Positions 21,610 to 31,154 of a stretch of DNA of 64,000 bases are shown here, in pieces. Origin of the DNA: an uncultured Candidatus Rokubacteria bacterium. GTDB lineage: Bacteria > Methylomirabilota > Methylomirabilia > Rokubacteriales > CSP1-6. The stretch lies in contig CAVWFS010000015.1 in NCBI GenBank assembly GCA_963754315.1, positions 216,458 to 280,457 on the forward strand, in the 5' to 3' direction. The stretch's first letter is position 1. The number at the start of each line of letters is the position of its first letter. The translations under genes were made by a program, and so were the position numbers. The notes beneath the pieces are model-generated. The model ran no database searches. It was not told the DNA's origin and saw nothing but the letters and a program-made list of their open reading frames with translations.

Positions 21610-22204
21610 GTCGCATCATCAGGTCTGGCTGGTTCGCCACGGAGAGACGGAATGGTCCGCCTCGGGCCAACACACCGGCCGGACCGACATTCCGCTCACC
21701 CCGGCGGGCGAGCGCCAAGCGATGGCCCTCGGGAAGAACCTGGCTGGCCACAAGTTCGCGCTCGTTCTGTCCAGCCCGCTTGCCCGGGCCCGCGAGACCT
21801 GTCGGCTGGCGGGATTGGGAGACTCGGCCGAGATGACCGATGATCTCCGCGAGTGGGACTACGGGATCTACGAGGGCCGCCGCACCGCCGACATCAGGAA
21901 GGAGGCGCCGGGCTGGACGGTCTGGAACAGTCCCATCCCGGGCGGCGAGAGCATCGAGCAAGTAGCACAACGGACGCGAAGAGTCATCGACCGGGCCGTG
22001 GGCGCCCCCGGCGACGTCGCCCTGTTCGCCCACGCTCACGTCCTCAGAGTGCTCACCGCCTGCTGGCTCGGCCTCCCGCCCGACGCCGGACGGCTGCTCG
22101 CGCTCGGGACCGCATCACTGAACATTCTCGGCTACGAGCGGGAGACGCGTGTCATCAGTGTATGGAACCAGGACTGGCAACTGCATCGTGGGGAGACCCC
22201 CTGA
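21602..22204 (+). CDS. Histidine phosphatase family protein
   Basis: [27 protein letters not shown]. Confidence 0.92.
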   Translation: MAESHHQVWLVRHGETEWSASGQHTGRTDIPLTPAGERQAMALGKNLAGHKFALVLSSPLARARETCRLAGLGDSAEMTDDLREWDYGIYEGRRTADIRKEAPGWTVWNSPIPGGESIEQVAQRTRRVIDRAVGAPGDVALFAHAHVLRVLTACWLGLPPDAGRLLALGTASLNILGYERETRVISVWNQDWQLHRGETP

Positions 22205-22219
22205 GGTGGAGGAAGGAAC

Positions 22220-23305
22220 ATGAAACCGACGCAGCAGCTTCGCGAGGCCGGGCAGAGCTTGTGGCTCGACAACATCACCCGTGGGATCCTCAATAACGGC
22301 ACTCTCAAGCGGTACATCGACGAGCTGTCGATCACGGGACTCACCTCGAATCCCACCATCTTCGACCACGCCATCAGCAAGAGCCACGACTACGACGGCG
22401 CGATCAGCGAGAAGATCAAGGGGGGAAAGGCGGGGGAGGCTCTCTTCTTCGAGCTCGCCATCGAGGACCTCACGCGGGCTGCCGATCTGTTTCGGCCGAT
22501 CCACGACGTCACCGACGGCGTGGACGGCTTCGTCTCTCTCGAGGTGTCGCCCGTGCTCGCCTACGACGCCGAGAGCACCCTGGCCCAGGCCAAGCAGCTG
22601 CACGCGCGAGCGGGACGCCCCAACCTCTTCATCAAGATTCCCGGGACGCGGGAGGGTATCCCGGCTATCGAGGAGGCCATCTTCGCCGGAGTGCCGATCA
22701 ACGTGACCTTGCTCTTCTCCCGCGGGCACTACCTGGCGGCGGCCGAGGCGTACATGCGGGGTATCGAGCGGCGCATCGCGGCGGGGCTCAATCCCGACGT
22801 GCGGTCGGTCGCCTCGGTCTTCATCAGTCGGTGGGACAAGGCGGTGTCGGGAACGGCGCCGGCTGCCCTGCACAACCAGCTCGGAGTGGCGATCGCCAAG
22901 CGGACATACAAGGGCTACCGTGACCTGCTCAACTCCGATCGCTGGCAGCGCCTGGCCAACGCCGGGGCCCGGCCGCAGCGGCTCCTCTTTGCCAGCACGG
23001 GGACCAAGGATCCGGAGGCGTCGGACGTTTTCTACGTCAAGGCGCTCGCCGCGCCCAACACCGTCAATACCATGCCGGAGGCGACCTTGCTGGCCTTCGC
23101 CAACCACGGCGAGCTGGGGCCTCCTCTGCCCGCCGATGGCGGTAACGCCGAGGAAGTCCTCGGCAAGTTCGGCAAGGAGGGCATCGACACCTCGGCCCTG
23201 GCCGCCGATCTGCAGAAGGACGGCGCCGCGTCCTTCGTCGCCTCCTGGAACGACCTGCTCGCGGGCATCGCGGCCAAGAGCGACACGCTCCGGAAGGAGC
23301 GCTAG
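22220..23305 (+). CDS. tal: Transaldolase
   Basis: [39 protein letters not shown]. Confidence 0.95.
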   Translation: MKPTQQLREAGQSLWLDNITRGILNNGTLKRYIDELSITGLTSNPTIFDHAISKSHDYDGAISEKIKGGKAGEALFFELAIEDLTRAADLFRPIHDVTDGVDGFVSLEVSPVLAYDAESTLAQAKQLHARAGRPNLFIKIPGTREGIPAIEEAIFAGVPINVTLLFSRGHYLAAAEAYMRGIERRIAAGLNPDVRSVASVFISRWDKAVSGTAPAALHNQLGVAIAKRTYKGYRDLLNSDRWQRLANAGARPQRLLFASTGTKDPEASDVFYVKALAAPNTVNTMPEATLLAFANHGELGPPLPADGGNAEEVLGKFGKEGIDTSALAADLQKDGAASFVASWNDLLAGIAAKSDTLRKER

Positions 23306-23310
23306 TAGAG

Positions 23311-24954
23311 ATGCCGGCGGGGTCGACACTGCTCACCAAGCGTCCGGAATGGAGGCGCCTGGAGGAGCACTTCCAGAAGATCCGTGACGTGCACCTGCGG
23401 ACCTTGTTCGCCGAGGATCCCAAGCGCGGCGAACGGCTCGGCCTGGAGGCGGTCGGTCTCTACCTGGACTATTCAAAGAACCGCGTGACCGACGAGACGC
23501 TTCGCCTGCTCGTCGGCCTGGCCGAGGCGGTGGGATTGCGCAACCGCATCGATTCGATGTTCCGGGGCGACAAGATCAACACCACCGAGCAGCGCGCCGT
23601 GCTGCACGTGGCCCTGCGGGCACCGCGAGAGCAGCAGATCATCGTGGACGGTAAGGACGTGGTGCCCGAGGTGCACGCCGTGCTCGACCAGATGGCGGCC
23701 TTCGCCACCCGTGTGCGCAGCGGGTCCTGGCGGGGGCACACCGGCCAGCGCATCCGCAACGTGATCAACATCGGCATCGGAGGGTCCGATCTCGGGCCGG
23801 TCATGGCCTACGAAGCGCTCCGGCATTACAGCGAGCGCAGCATGACGTTTCGCTTCGTCTCCAACGTCGACGGGACGGATTTCGCGGAGGCCACGCGTGA
23901 CCTCGATCCCGCCGAAACTCTCTTCGTGGTCTCCTCGAAGACGTTCACGACCCTGGAGACGATGACCAACGCCCAGTCGGCACGGGCGTGGAGCCTGGCC
24001 GCGCTGCGCGACGAGGCGGCAGTGGCCAAGCACTTCGTGGCCGTGTCCACCAACGCCGCCGAGGTGACGAAGTTCGGCATCGACACCGCCAACATGTTCG
24101 CGTTCTGGGACTGGGTGGGAGGGCGCTACTCGATGGACTCCGCCATCGGCCTCTCCACCATGCTCGCGATCGGCCCCGAGAACTTTCGCCAGCTGCTGGC
24201 CGGCTTTCACACCATGGACGAGCACTTCCGGACGGCGCCCTTCGCACAAAACCTGCCCGTCCTCATGGGCCTGCTCACCGTGTGGTACCGGAACTTCTTC
24301 GGCGCCCAGACGGTGGCCGTGCTGCCCTACGATCAGTACCTCAAGCGGTTCCCGGCTTACCTCCAGCAGCTCACCATGGAGAGCAACGGCAAGCACGTGA
24401 CCCTGGACGGAACGATGGTCGATTACCAGACGGGACCCGTGTTCTGGGGAGAGCCCGGCACCAACGGCCAGCATTCGTTCTATCAGCTCATCCACCAGGG
24501 CACGTCCCTCATCCCGTGCGACTTCCTCGGCTTTGGCCAGACCCTCAATCCCGTCGACCGCCACCACCCGCTGCTGATGGCCAACGTGTTCGCCCAGAGC
24601 GAGGCGCTGGCGTTCGGGAAGACGGCGGACGAGGTGAGGGCGGATGGCGGGCCCGACTTTCAGATCGCGCATCGGACGTTCACGGGCAACCATCCCTCCA
24701 ACACGATCCTCGCCGAACGGCTGACCCCGGACGTGCTCGGAAAGCTGGTGGCCCTCTACGAGCACAGCGTCTTCACCCAGGGGACGATCTGGCACATCAA
24801 CTCGTTCGATCAATGGGGGGTCGAGCTGGGAAAGGTCCTGGCCAACCGCATCGCTCCTGAACTGGAGGGCCCAGGGGAACCTGCGCTCAAGCACGACAGC
24901 TCCACCAACGCGCTCATCCGACGCTTCCGGCGTCTCAGGGAGGCCCGCTCATGA
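23311..24954 (+). CDS. pgi: Glucose-6-phosphate isomerase
   Basis: [36 protein letters not shown]. Confidence 0.97.
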   Translation: MPAGSTLLTKRPEWRRLEEHFQKIRDVHLRTLFAEDPKRGERLGLEAVGLYLDYSKNRVTDETLRLLVGLAEAVGLRNRIDSMFRGDKINTTEQRAVLHVALRAPREQQIIVDGKDVVPEVHAVLDQMAAFATRVRSGSWRGHTGQRIRNVINIGIGGSDLGPVMAYEALRHYSERSMTFRFVSNVDGTDFAEATRDLDPAETLFVVSSKTFTTLETMTNAQSARAWSLAALRDEAAVAKHFVAVSTNAAEVTKFGIDTANMFAFWDWVGGRYSMDSAIGLSTMLAIGPENFRQLLAGFHTMDEHFRTAPFAQNLPVLMGLLTVWYRNFFGAQTVAVLPYDQYLKRFPAYLQQLTMESNGKHVTLDGTMVDYQTGPVFWGEPGTNGQHSFYQLIHQGTSLIPCDFLGFGQTLNPVDRHHPLLMANVFAQSEALAFGKTADEVRADGGPDFQIAHRTFTGNHPSNTILAERLTPDVLGKLVALYEHSVFTQGTIWHINSFDQWGVELGKVLANRIAPELEGPGEPALKHDSSTNALIRRFRRLREARS

Positions 24955-25859
24955 CCGTAGGCTATTCCAAACCTCTCTACATCCTTCCCTTCGATCACCG
25001 CGGCTCCTTTCAGAAGGGAATGTTCGGCTGGTCGGGAACATTGACCCCCGCCCAAACGGCCGAGATCGCCGCCACCAAGCGCGTGATCTACGACGGTCTT
25101 CAGGCGGCAGTGGCCGGTGGCGTGCCGAAGGACCGGGCCGGCATCCTCGTGGACGAGCAGTTCGGAACGGCGATCCTCGATGACGCCTCCAAGGCCGGAT
25201 ACCTCACCGCCGCCCCGGCCGAGAAGAGCGGTCAGGATGAGTTCGACTTCGAATACGGAGACGACTTCGGCCGCCACGTCGAACGCTTCAACCCGACCTT
25301 CTGCAAGGTTCTCGTCCGCTACAACCCCGAGGGCGAGGCGGGCTCCAACGCACGGCAGGCCGCTCGCCTACGTCGTCTGTCCGACTTCTTGCACGGCAGC
25401 GGCCGTCGGCTCATGTTCGAGCTGCTGGTCCCCGCGGAGGCCGCCCAGCTCGAGCGCGTGCACGGGGACAAGAAGGCCTACGATCGCGACGTGCGGCCCA
25501 CCCTGATGGTCCAGGCCATCCAGGAGTTGCAGGACGCCGGTATCGAGCCCGACCTCTGGAAGATCGAGGGACTCGATCGCCGTGAGGACTGCGTGAAGTT
25601 GGTCGGGGCCGCCCGGCGGGGAGGTCGAAGCCAGGTCGGCTGCATCATCCTGGGCCGTGGCGAGGACGAGAAGAAGGTCGAGGAGTGGCTGCGTACGGCC
25701 GCCGACGTACCCGGATTCATCGGCTTCGCGGTGGGCCGGACGACCTTCTGGGATCCGCTGATGGCCTGGCGGGGCGGCAAGAGCTCGCGGGAGCAGGCCG
25801 TGGCCGAGATCGCGCGCCGCTACCGCCTCTGGTCCGACATATTCCAGCACGCGACCTGA
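24951..25859 (+). CDS. DUF2090 protein (standalone IolC C-terminal aldolase-like domain)
   Basis: [35 protein letters not shown]. Confidence 0.88.
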   Translation: MTVGYSKPLYILPFDHRGSFQKGMFGWSGTLTPAQTAEIAATKRVIYDGLQAAVAGGVPKDRAGILVDEQFGTAILDDASKAGYLTAAPAEKSGQDEFDFEYGDDFGRHVERFNPTFCKVLVRYNPEGEAGSNARQAARLRRLSDFLHGSGRRLMFELLVPAEAAQLERVHGDKKAYDRDVRPTLMVQAIQELQDAGIEPDLWKIEGLDRREDCVKLVGAARRGGRSQVGCIILGRGEDEKKVEEWLRTAADVPGFIGFAVGRTTFWDPLMAWRGGKSSREQAVAEIARRYRLWSDIFQHAT

Positions 25860-25954
25860 GCAATCGGGGCCGGGGGCGAGGTATGGTGGCCGCTCGGCCC
25901 TTCCGCTGCCACCCCTCGCACTCGGACGGAGTCTCATCCCTGAGGGGTTAGGCC

Positions 25955-26810
25955 ATGCTTGAAGAGGGCGCCGGGGCTCGCGAGTCTGGTTCCAGCTGGG
26001 CCTGGCCGGTGCGGTGGGAACCCGCGGTGCGGCTGTTCCTGGCCCGGGGAGAGCCGCCGGAGGCAGTGCTCGACGATCCCAACCTTGTTGCCCATCGTGT
26101 ACTCGACCGTCTAGCTGCGCTCGCGCACGATGTCCACTTTGGTGAATCGGGTGCTTCCGGCGCCTTCATTGCCGCCCTCCACGCCCTCATGCGCGAAGCC
26201 CCGTGGCTCGTCATGGACGACGACCAAGCGCACGCCACCGCCGCAAGACCGCCAAGCAATCATGAGGCCGGTGGCGCCGCTCGAATAGACGAGATCGTTG
26301 GGGAACCGTCGGAAGACGATCTCATTGACATGGGCGGGGTCGCTCTCGTGCACACACTCGCCGCCGCCCTCGCCGGCCGGGACGGCGCGGCGGCCATTGG
26401 GCAACTGGCGGCCACCGCGATCGCCGCGGAGAAATGGTTACCCGGCTTGAGTCGGGCGGGTGATGCCCCTTATCGTGCCGACATTGCCCGGCTCGGCGGA
26501 AAGGCCGACGCGCACGTGCAGCAAGCGCCGTCGCGGCATCCGGCCGACTGGCCGCAACTCAACATGCTCGCGCGCAGCAGTGCGACCATCTCTGCGAAGG
26601 TGCACTGTATTCGCTTCTCCATCAGCTCCTGGACGAAGCAGTGCCACCGCCAATTGCGAGTGGTCCGGTCACCTGGACAACCGGCATTGAATCGGTCGAT
26701 GTCACCGATCCCTGCGGCGCCACACCGCAGCTGACGATCAAGGGCCAAGGCTTCGGCGCCGCCGCTGCGCCAGGCGTGGGCGTGCTCGCCGCCAGGTGGG
26801 ACACTCAATC
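25955..26810 (+). pseudogene. Hypothetical gene, frameshifted near 26570 and truncated by the DUF433 cassette
   Basis: Protein-like frame to ~26570, then another frame reads LLHQLLDEAVPPP..GIESVDVTDPCGATPQLTIKGQGFG (IPT-like start) and breaks at ~26810. Confidence 0.45.
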
Positions 26811-26829
26811 TTCATGTCGAGGAGGAGCT

Positions 26830-27054
26830 TCATGGAAGAGGTAGTTCGACTTCCTCGGTGCGCCAGGCGGCGTAGGACAGCGCCGCGCGAATGTCATCGG
26901 CTTCCAAGTAAGAATAGGCCTGCAGGATCTCCGCGTGAGTTCTCCCGGCCGCGAGCAGCCCGATGATGGTGCCCACGGTCACCCGCATTCCCCGAATGCA
27001 CGGCCGCCCGCCCATCACCCCGGGGTCGTGCGTGATCCGTTTCAGGAGATCCAT
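26830..27054 (-). CDS. DUF433 antitoxin; partner DUF5615 toxin truncated after MKLLLDM
   Basis: RITHDPGVMGGRPCIRGMRVTV, LEADDIRAALSYAA; ATGA overlap with toxin stub 26833-26811. Confidence 0.92.
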   Translation of the reverse strand: MDLLKRITHDPGVMGGRPCIRGMRVTVGTIIGLLAAGRTHAEILQAYSYLEADDIRAALSYAAWRTEEVELPLP

Positions 27055-27208
27055 GAGCCGAGTATACCCGTCGTTCAGGGCGTCAGGAACGCTCTCATTA
27101 GCTCCAGTCAGCTTTGGTTCAACGCCCCGAGAATTGATTTACTCGTGAAAAGAGCTTATAGCCTTTGAAGTACAGCGCTCATCGTGCGGAACGAAATGGA
27201 GATTCTCC

Positions 27209-28645
27209 ATGACAGCACACGGCAACCTGGTGGCGGGAGAGTGGGTGTCGAGCGCCGACACCAACCGGAACCTGAATCCCTCGAATCTCGACGATGTCGT
27301 CGGTGAGTACGCCCGCGCCGACGCCAGCCAGGCGACCCGAGCCATCGCCGCGGCGGTGGCGGCCGCGCCGGCGTGGGCGCGAGGCAACCTTCAGGAGCGA
27401 GCCGATGCTCTCGATCGGATCGGCAACGCCATCCTCGAGCGGCGCAAAGAGCTGGGTACGCTGCTCTCGCGCGAAGAGGGCAAGACTCTGCCCGAGGGCA
27501 TCGGCGAGGCGGCCCGCGCCGGCTACATCTTCAAGTTCTTCGCGGGCGAGGTCGTGCGCTTGACCGGCGAGCAGGTGCCCTCGGTCAGGCCCGGCGTCAG
27601 CGTGGAAATCACCCGCGAGCCCCTTGGCGTGGTGGGCATCATCACGCCCTGGAACTTCCCGCTGGCCATTCCGGCCTGGAAGATCGCGCCAGCGCTCGCC
27701 TATGGTAACTGCGTGGTTTTCAAGCCGGCCGATCTCGTTCCAGGGTGCGCCTGGGCGCTGGCCGACATCATCGGCCAGGCCGGACTTCCTCCCGGGGTGT
27801 TCAACCTGGTGATGGGGCGGGGGGCGATCGTGGGTGAGACGATCCTCGCCTCACCTGACGTGTCCGGCGTCAGCTTCACGGGCTCGGTGGAGACGGGCCG
27901 GGCGGTGGCCCAGAAAGTCGTGGCGCGCATGGGCAAGATCCAGCTCGAGATGGGCGGCAAGAATCCGCTCGTGATCCTCGACGACGCAGACCTCGGCGTG
28001 GCCGTCAACTGCGCCACCCAGGGTGCCTACTTCTCGACGGGTCAGCGCTGTACGGCGTCGAGCCGCTTCGTCGTGACCCAGGGCATTCACGATCGGTTCG
28101 TGGCCGCCATGCTGGAGCGACTCAAGAGCCTGAAGGTGGACGATGCCTTGCGTGAGGGCACGGACATCGGCCCCGTCGTGGACCAGAGTCAGCTCGACCA
28201 GGACCTCCGCTACCTGGAGGTTGGTCAGAAGGAGGGCGCCCGCCTGGCATGGGGCGGCGAGCCGCTCAAGCGCGACACGCGAGGCTTCTATCTCTCGCCC
28301 GCGCTCTTCACGGAGTCGACCAACGCCATGCGCATCAACCGCGAGGAGATCTTCGGGCCGGTGGCCAGCGTGATCCGTGTGCGCGACTACGACGAGGCCC
28401 TGGCGGTGGCCAACGACACGCCCTTCGGTCTCTCGTCAGGCGTGGTCACCACATCGCTGAAGCACGCCACGCACTTCAAGCGAAACTCTCAGGCTGGCAT
28501 GGTCATGGTCAACCTGCCGACCGCCGGCGTGGACTACCATGTCCCCTTCGGCGGGAGGAAGGCGTCGTCCTACGGACCCCGCGAGCAGGGACGCTACGCC
28601 GCCGAGTTCTACACAACCGTGAAGACGGCCTACACAGCGGCGTGA
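27209..28645 (+). CDS. Aldehyde dehydrogenase (alpha-ketoglutaric semialdehyde dehydrogenase-like)
   Basis: ITPWNFP, FTGS, LEMGGKN, GQRCTA, EEIFGPV. Confidence 0.94.
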   Translation: MTAHGNLVAGEWVSSADTNRNLNPSNLDDVVGEYARADASQATRAIAAAVAAAPAWARGNLQERADALDRIGNAILERRKELGTLLSREEGKTLPEGIGEAARAGYIFKFFAGEVVRLTGEQVPSVRPGVSVEITREPLGVVGIITPWNFPLAIPAWKIAPALAYGNCVVFKPADLVPGCAWALADIIGQAGLPPGVFNLVMGRGAIVGETILASPDVSGVSFTGSVETGRAVAQKVVARMGKIQLEMGGKNPLVILDDADLGVAVNCATQGAYFSTGQRCTASSRFVVTQGIHDRFVAAMLERLKSLKVDDALREGTDIGPVVDQSQLDQDLRYLEVGQKEGARLAWGGEPLKRDTRGFYLSPALFTESTNAMRINREEIFGPVASVIRVRDYDEALAVANDTPFGLSSGVVTTSLKHATHFKRNSQAGMVMVNLPTAGVDYHVPFGGRKASSYGPREQGRYAAEFYTTVKTAYTAA

Positions 28646-28747
28646 GCCGCAGCGCGCCGGCCTGACGACGAATCTCGTGAGCCGTGACGGTACGCTTCTC
28701 GCTCCGAGGGCGCTGAGGCGCCTTCCCGATCACCATTTCCCTGCTCG

Positions 28748-29647
28748 TCAGGCGCCACGCACTTCGGTCCCCGCCCACGACTCGAAAAGCTTCACGATGG
28801 ACGCGAAGTCGCTTTTCCCGTCGCCGAGCGCGCTGCTCGCGTTGTACAGCTGATGGAGGAGGCTCGTGGCCGGAACGGGGACATCGTGGCTCCGGGCCAT
28901 GTCGACGGCCAACCCTAGGTCTTTCCGAGCAAGGTCCACGGTGAAGCCGGGCTCGAAGTTCCGGGCCAGGATGTTGGGGAGCCGCTTCTCGAAGTGATAG
29001 GACCGGCCGGCGCTCGTCCGGAGGATCTCGAAGAGCGTCGTGGCGTCCATCCCCGCCTTGACCCCCAGCACGAACGCCTCGGCCGCGATCAACATGTTGC
29101 CCATCGACATGACGTTGTTGACGAGCTTGACGATATTCCCCGCCCCCGACGGCCCGGCGTAGTGCACGGTCGTGCCGAGTACTCCTAGCACCGCCTTCGC
29201 CCCCTCAAAGGCGGTGCGTTCACCCCCAACGATGATGACGAGCGTGCCGGTCTCTGCCTCTCGATAGCCACCGCTCACGGGGCCGTCGAGATAGTGGACG
29301 TCTCGGGCGCGGGCGGCAGCGTGGACCACGCGGGTGGTCTCCGGGTCTACCGTGCTCGTGTCGATGAGGATCGTGCCCGGGCGCGCCCCCGCGAGCACGC
29401 CCCCCGCGCCGAGGTAAACCTCCCTCACCGTCGCGGGCCAGGGAAGGCTCGAGAAGATGAGTTCGCTCTTCTGGGCAACCGCGCCCGGCGCGGTGGCTGC
29501 GGTGGCTCCAGCGGCGGTCAGCGCGTCGATCTTCTCCTTGTCGACATCGAACACGTCCAGCGCATATCCCGCGCGGGCCAGGGTCTTCGCCATGCGGCTG
29601 CCCATGACGCCCAGGCCGATGAAGCCGATGTGCGGCTTGTCATGCAT
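28748..29647 (-). CDS. Beta-hydroxyacid dehydrogenase (3-hydroxyisobutyrate dehydrogenase family)
   Basis: GFIGLGVMG, LDGPVSGG, VKLVNN, LARKDL. Confidence 0.93.
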   Translation of the reverse strand: MHDKPHIGFIGLGVMGSRMAKTLARAGYALDVFDVDKEKIDALTAAGATAATAPGAVAQKSELIFSSLPWPATVREVYLGAGGVLAGARPGTILIDTSTVDPETTRVVHAAARARDVHYLDGPVSGGYREAETGTLVIIVGGERTAFEGAKAVLGVLGTTVHYAGPSGAGNIVKLVNNVMSMGNMLIAAEAFVLGVKAGMDATTLFEILRTSAGRSYHFEKRLPNILARNFEPGFTVDLARKDLGLAVDMARSHDVPVPATSLLHQLYNASSALGDGKSDFASIVKLFESWAGTEVRGA

Positions 29648-29680
29648 GGTCCCGTAGCCTCCCTCGGCGCCCCGGGCGGC

Positions 29681-31069
29681 TCATCCGAGCAGCGGCGTCA
29701 TCTCGGCCGCATCCTTCACGTCCTCCAAGTGCGTCACCATTTCCACGAAGCGCTCGAGCGCGTCAGCCGGCAGCGGCCGTGCCGCCAAGTCGGCCGCCGC
29801 CATGAAGCGTTCGACACACTCCTCGAACGTGAACGGATTGCGAGGATCGCCCTTCACGAACTCCTCGCACGCCGAGAGGACACGTCCGTCGGTCGTCTCG
29901 ATCGTCACCTCCATCGGCGGGTATAGCATCGGAAGCGCGTCCTTGGCCGGATCGATGCGGGTCAGGACCCGGCCGGCCAGCTCTCTCAGCGCGGGGTCGC
30001 GGATCGAGTCCTCGGTGAACTCTGCCAAGGTCACGCGCCGCCGGGCGATGGCGGCCGCCACCGTGAACGGAATGCTGAATTTCGCCGCGTTCGCGGTCTC
30101 CGGGGCGGTCTTCGGCGCTCCCGTCGCATCGAAGCCGCACTGGGTCGCCCCCATCGTATTCGTCGCGACCGTCACCCGCTTCACCTGGGCGGCCCTCACA
30201 TCGTGCCCCTCCACGAGGCGGAGGGCAGTCGCGATGGCGTGGTGCGTGTACTTGCACGTGGGATACGGCTTCAGGCTCACGCCGGTGATCTCGTTACGCT
30301 CGCCGAGCTGGCCCAGGAGCGCGGCCTCGTCGTAGTCGCCCCGGAAGTACAGCCGATAGAGCCCGAATTCCCCACAGAGCGGATGGCGCGGGCCCCGGAA
30401 CCCTTCGCGCGCCATGTCGATGGCGAGCAGCCCGTTCGCGGCCGCCATCCCCGCCGGCACCCAAAGGCTCCACGCGCCTTCGACGGTGGGTTGCACATTG
30501 CCGCTACACGACGCGTAGGCCACGCCGATGGCGTCGAGCATCGTCTCGTCCGAGAGGCCGAGCAGCATCGACCCCATCGCGGCGACGCTCATCGGCGCCA
30601 TCGTCTCGGCCATCCAGCCGATGGCCTTGGACTTGCCGGCCCCCATCCGGAGGCGGCACAGCATGTCGACGCCGAGCGCGATGCCGAGCACCAGCCTCTG
30701 CCCGCTCACCGGCGTCTCGGCGCTCTCGGCGAGGGCGAGCGCAGCGGGAACGATGCACACGCCGACGTGCCCACCCCCACCTTCGTGGGTGCCGTCGAGC
30801 TCCAGGCATCGAGCCATGACGCCGTTGCCAAGGGCGGCCATCGGTGGGGCGATCTTGCCGCCGTGGACGACGAGCGTGCTGCCAGGGGAGCCGCCGCCGT
30901 GCCGGCGGGCCACCCGCGCGATCCCGCGGCCGGCCTCGCTCGCGCTCCCGGCGAGCGCCGCGGCCATAGTGTCGAGGATGGTGATCTTCACGGTCGCGAT
31001 GACTTCGGGGGACAAGCCCTCGTATCGGGCCGCCCTGAAGTGCGCGACAAACTTCTGCATCGGATCCAT
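29681..31069 (-). CDS. MmgE/PrpD family protein
   Basis: ILDTMAAALAG, ELDGTH..GHVG, LKPYPTCKYTH, AKFSIPF, KGDPRNP; AGGAG RBS. Confidence 0.92.
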   Translation of the reverse strand: MDPMQKFVAHFRAARYEGLSPEVIATVKITILDTMAAALAGSASEAGRGIARVARRHGGGSPGSTLVVHGGKIAPPMAALGNGVMARCLELDGTHEGGGGHVGVCIVPAALALAESAETPVSGQRLVLGIALGVDMLCRLRMGAGKSKAIGWMAETMAPMSVAAMGSMLLGLSDETMLDAIGVAYASCSGNVQPTVEGAWSLWVPAGMAAANGLLAIDMAREGFRGPRHPLCGEFGLYRLYFRGDYDEAALLGQLGERNEITGVSLKPYPTCKYTHHAIATALRLVEGHDVRAAQVKRVTVATNTMGATQCGFDATGAPKTAPETANAAKFSIPFTVAAAIARRRVTLAEFTEDSIRDPALRELAGRVLTRIDPAKDALPMLYPPMEVTIETTDGRVLSACEEFVKGDPRNPFTFEECVERFMAAADLAARPLPADALERFVEMVTHLEDVKDAAEMTPLLG

Positions 31070-31154
31070 GACCGCTCCTGTCCGTTGCTGCGCGATGTCC
31101 CGGCCTGGGTGGGCGGCGTGTGCAGTCACCGTCGTCGCGAGCTTACCAAATCGC

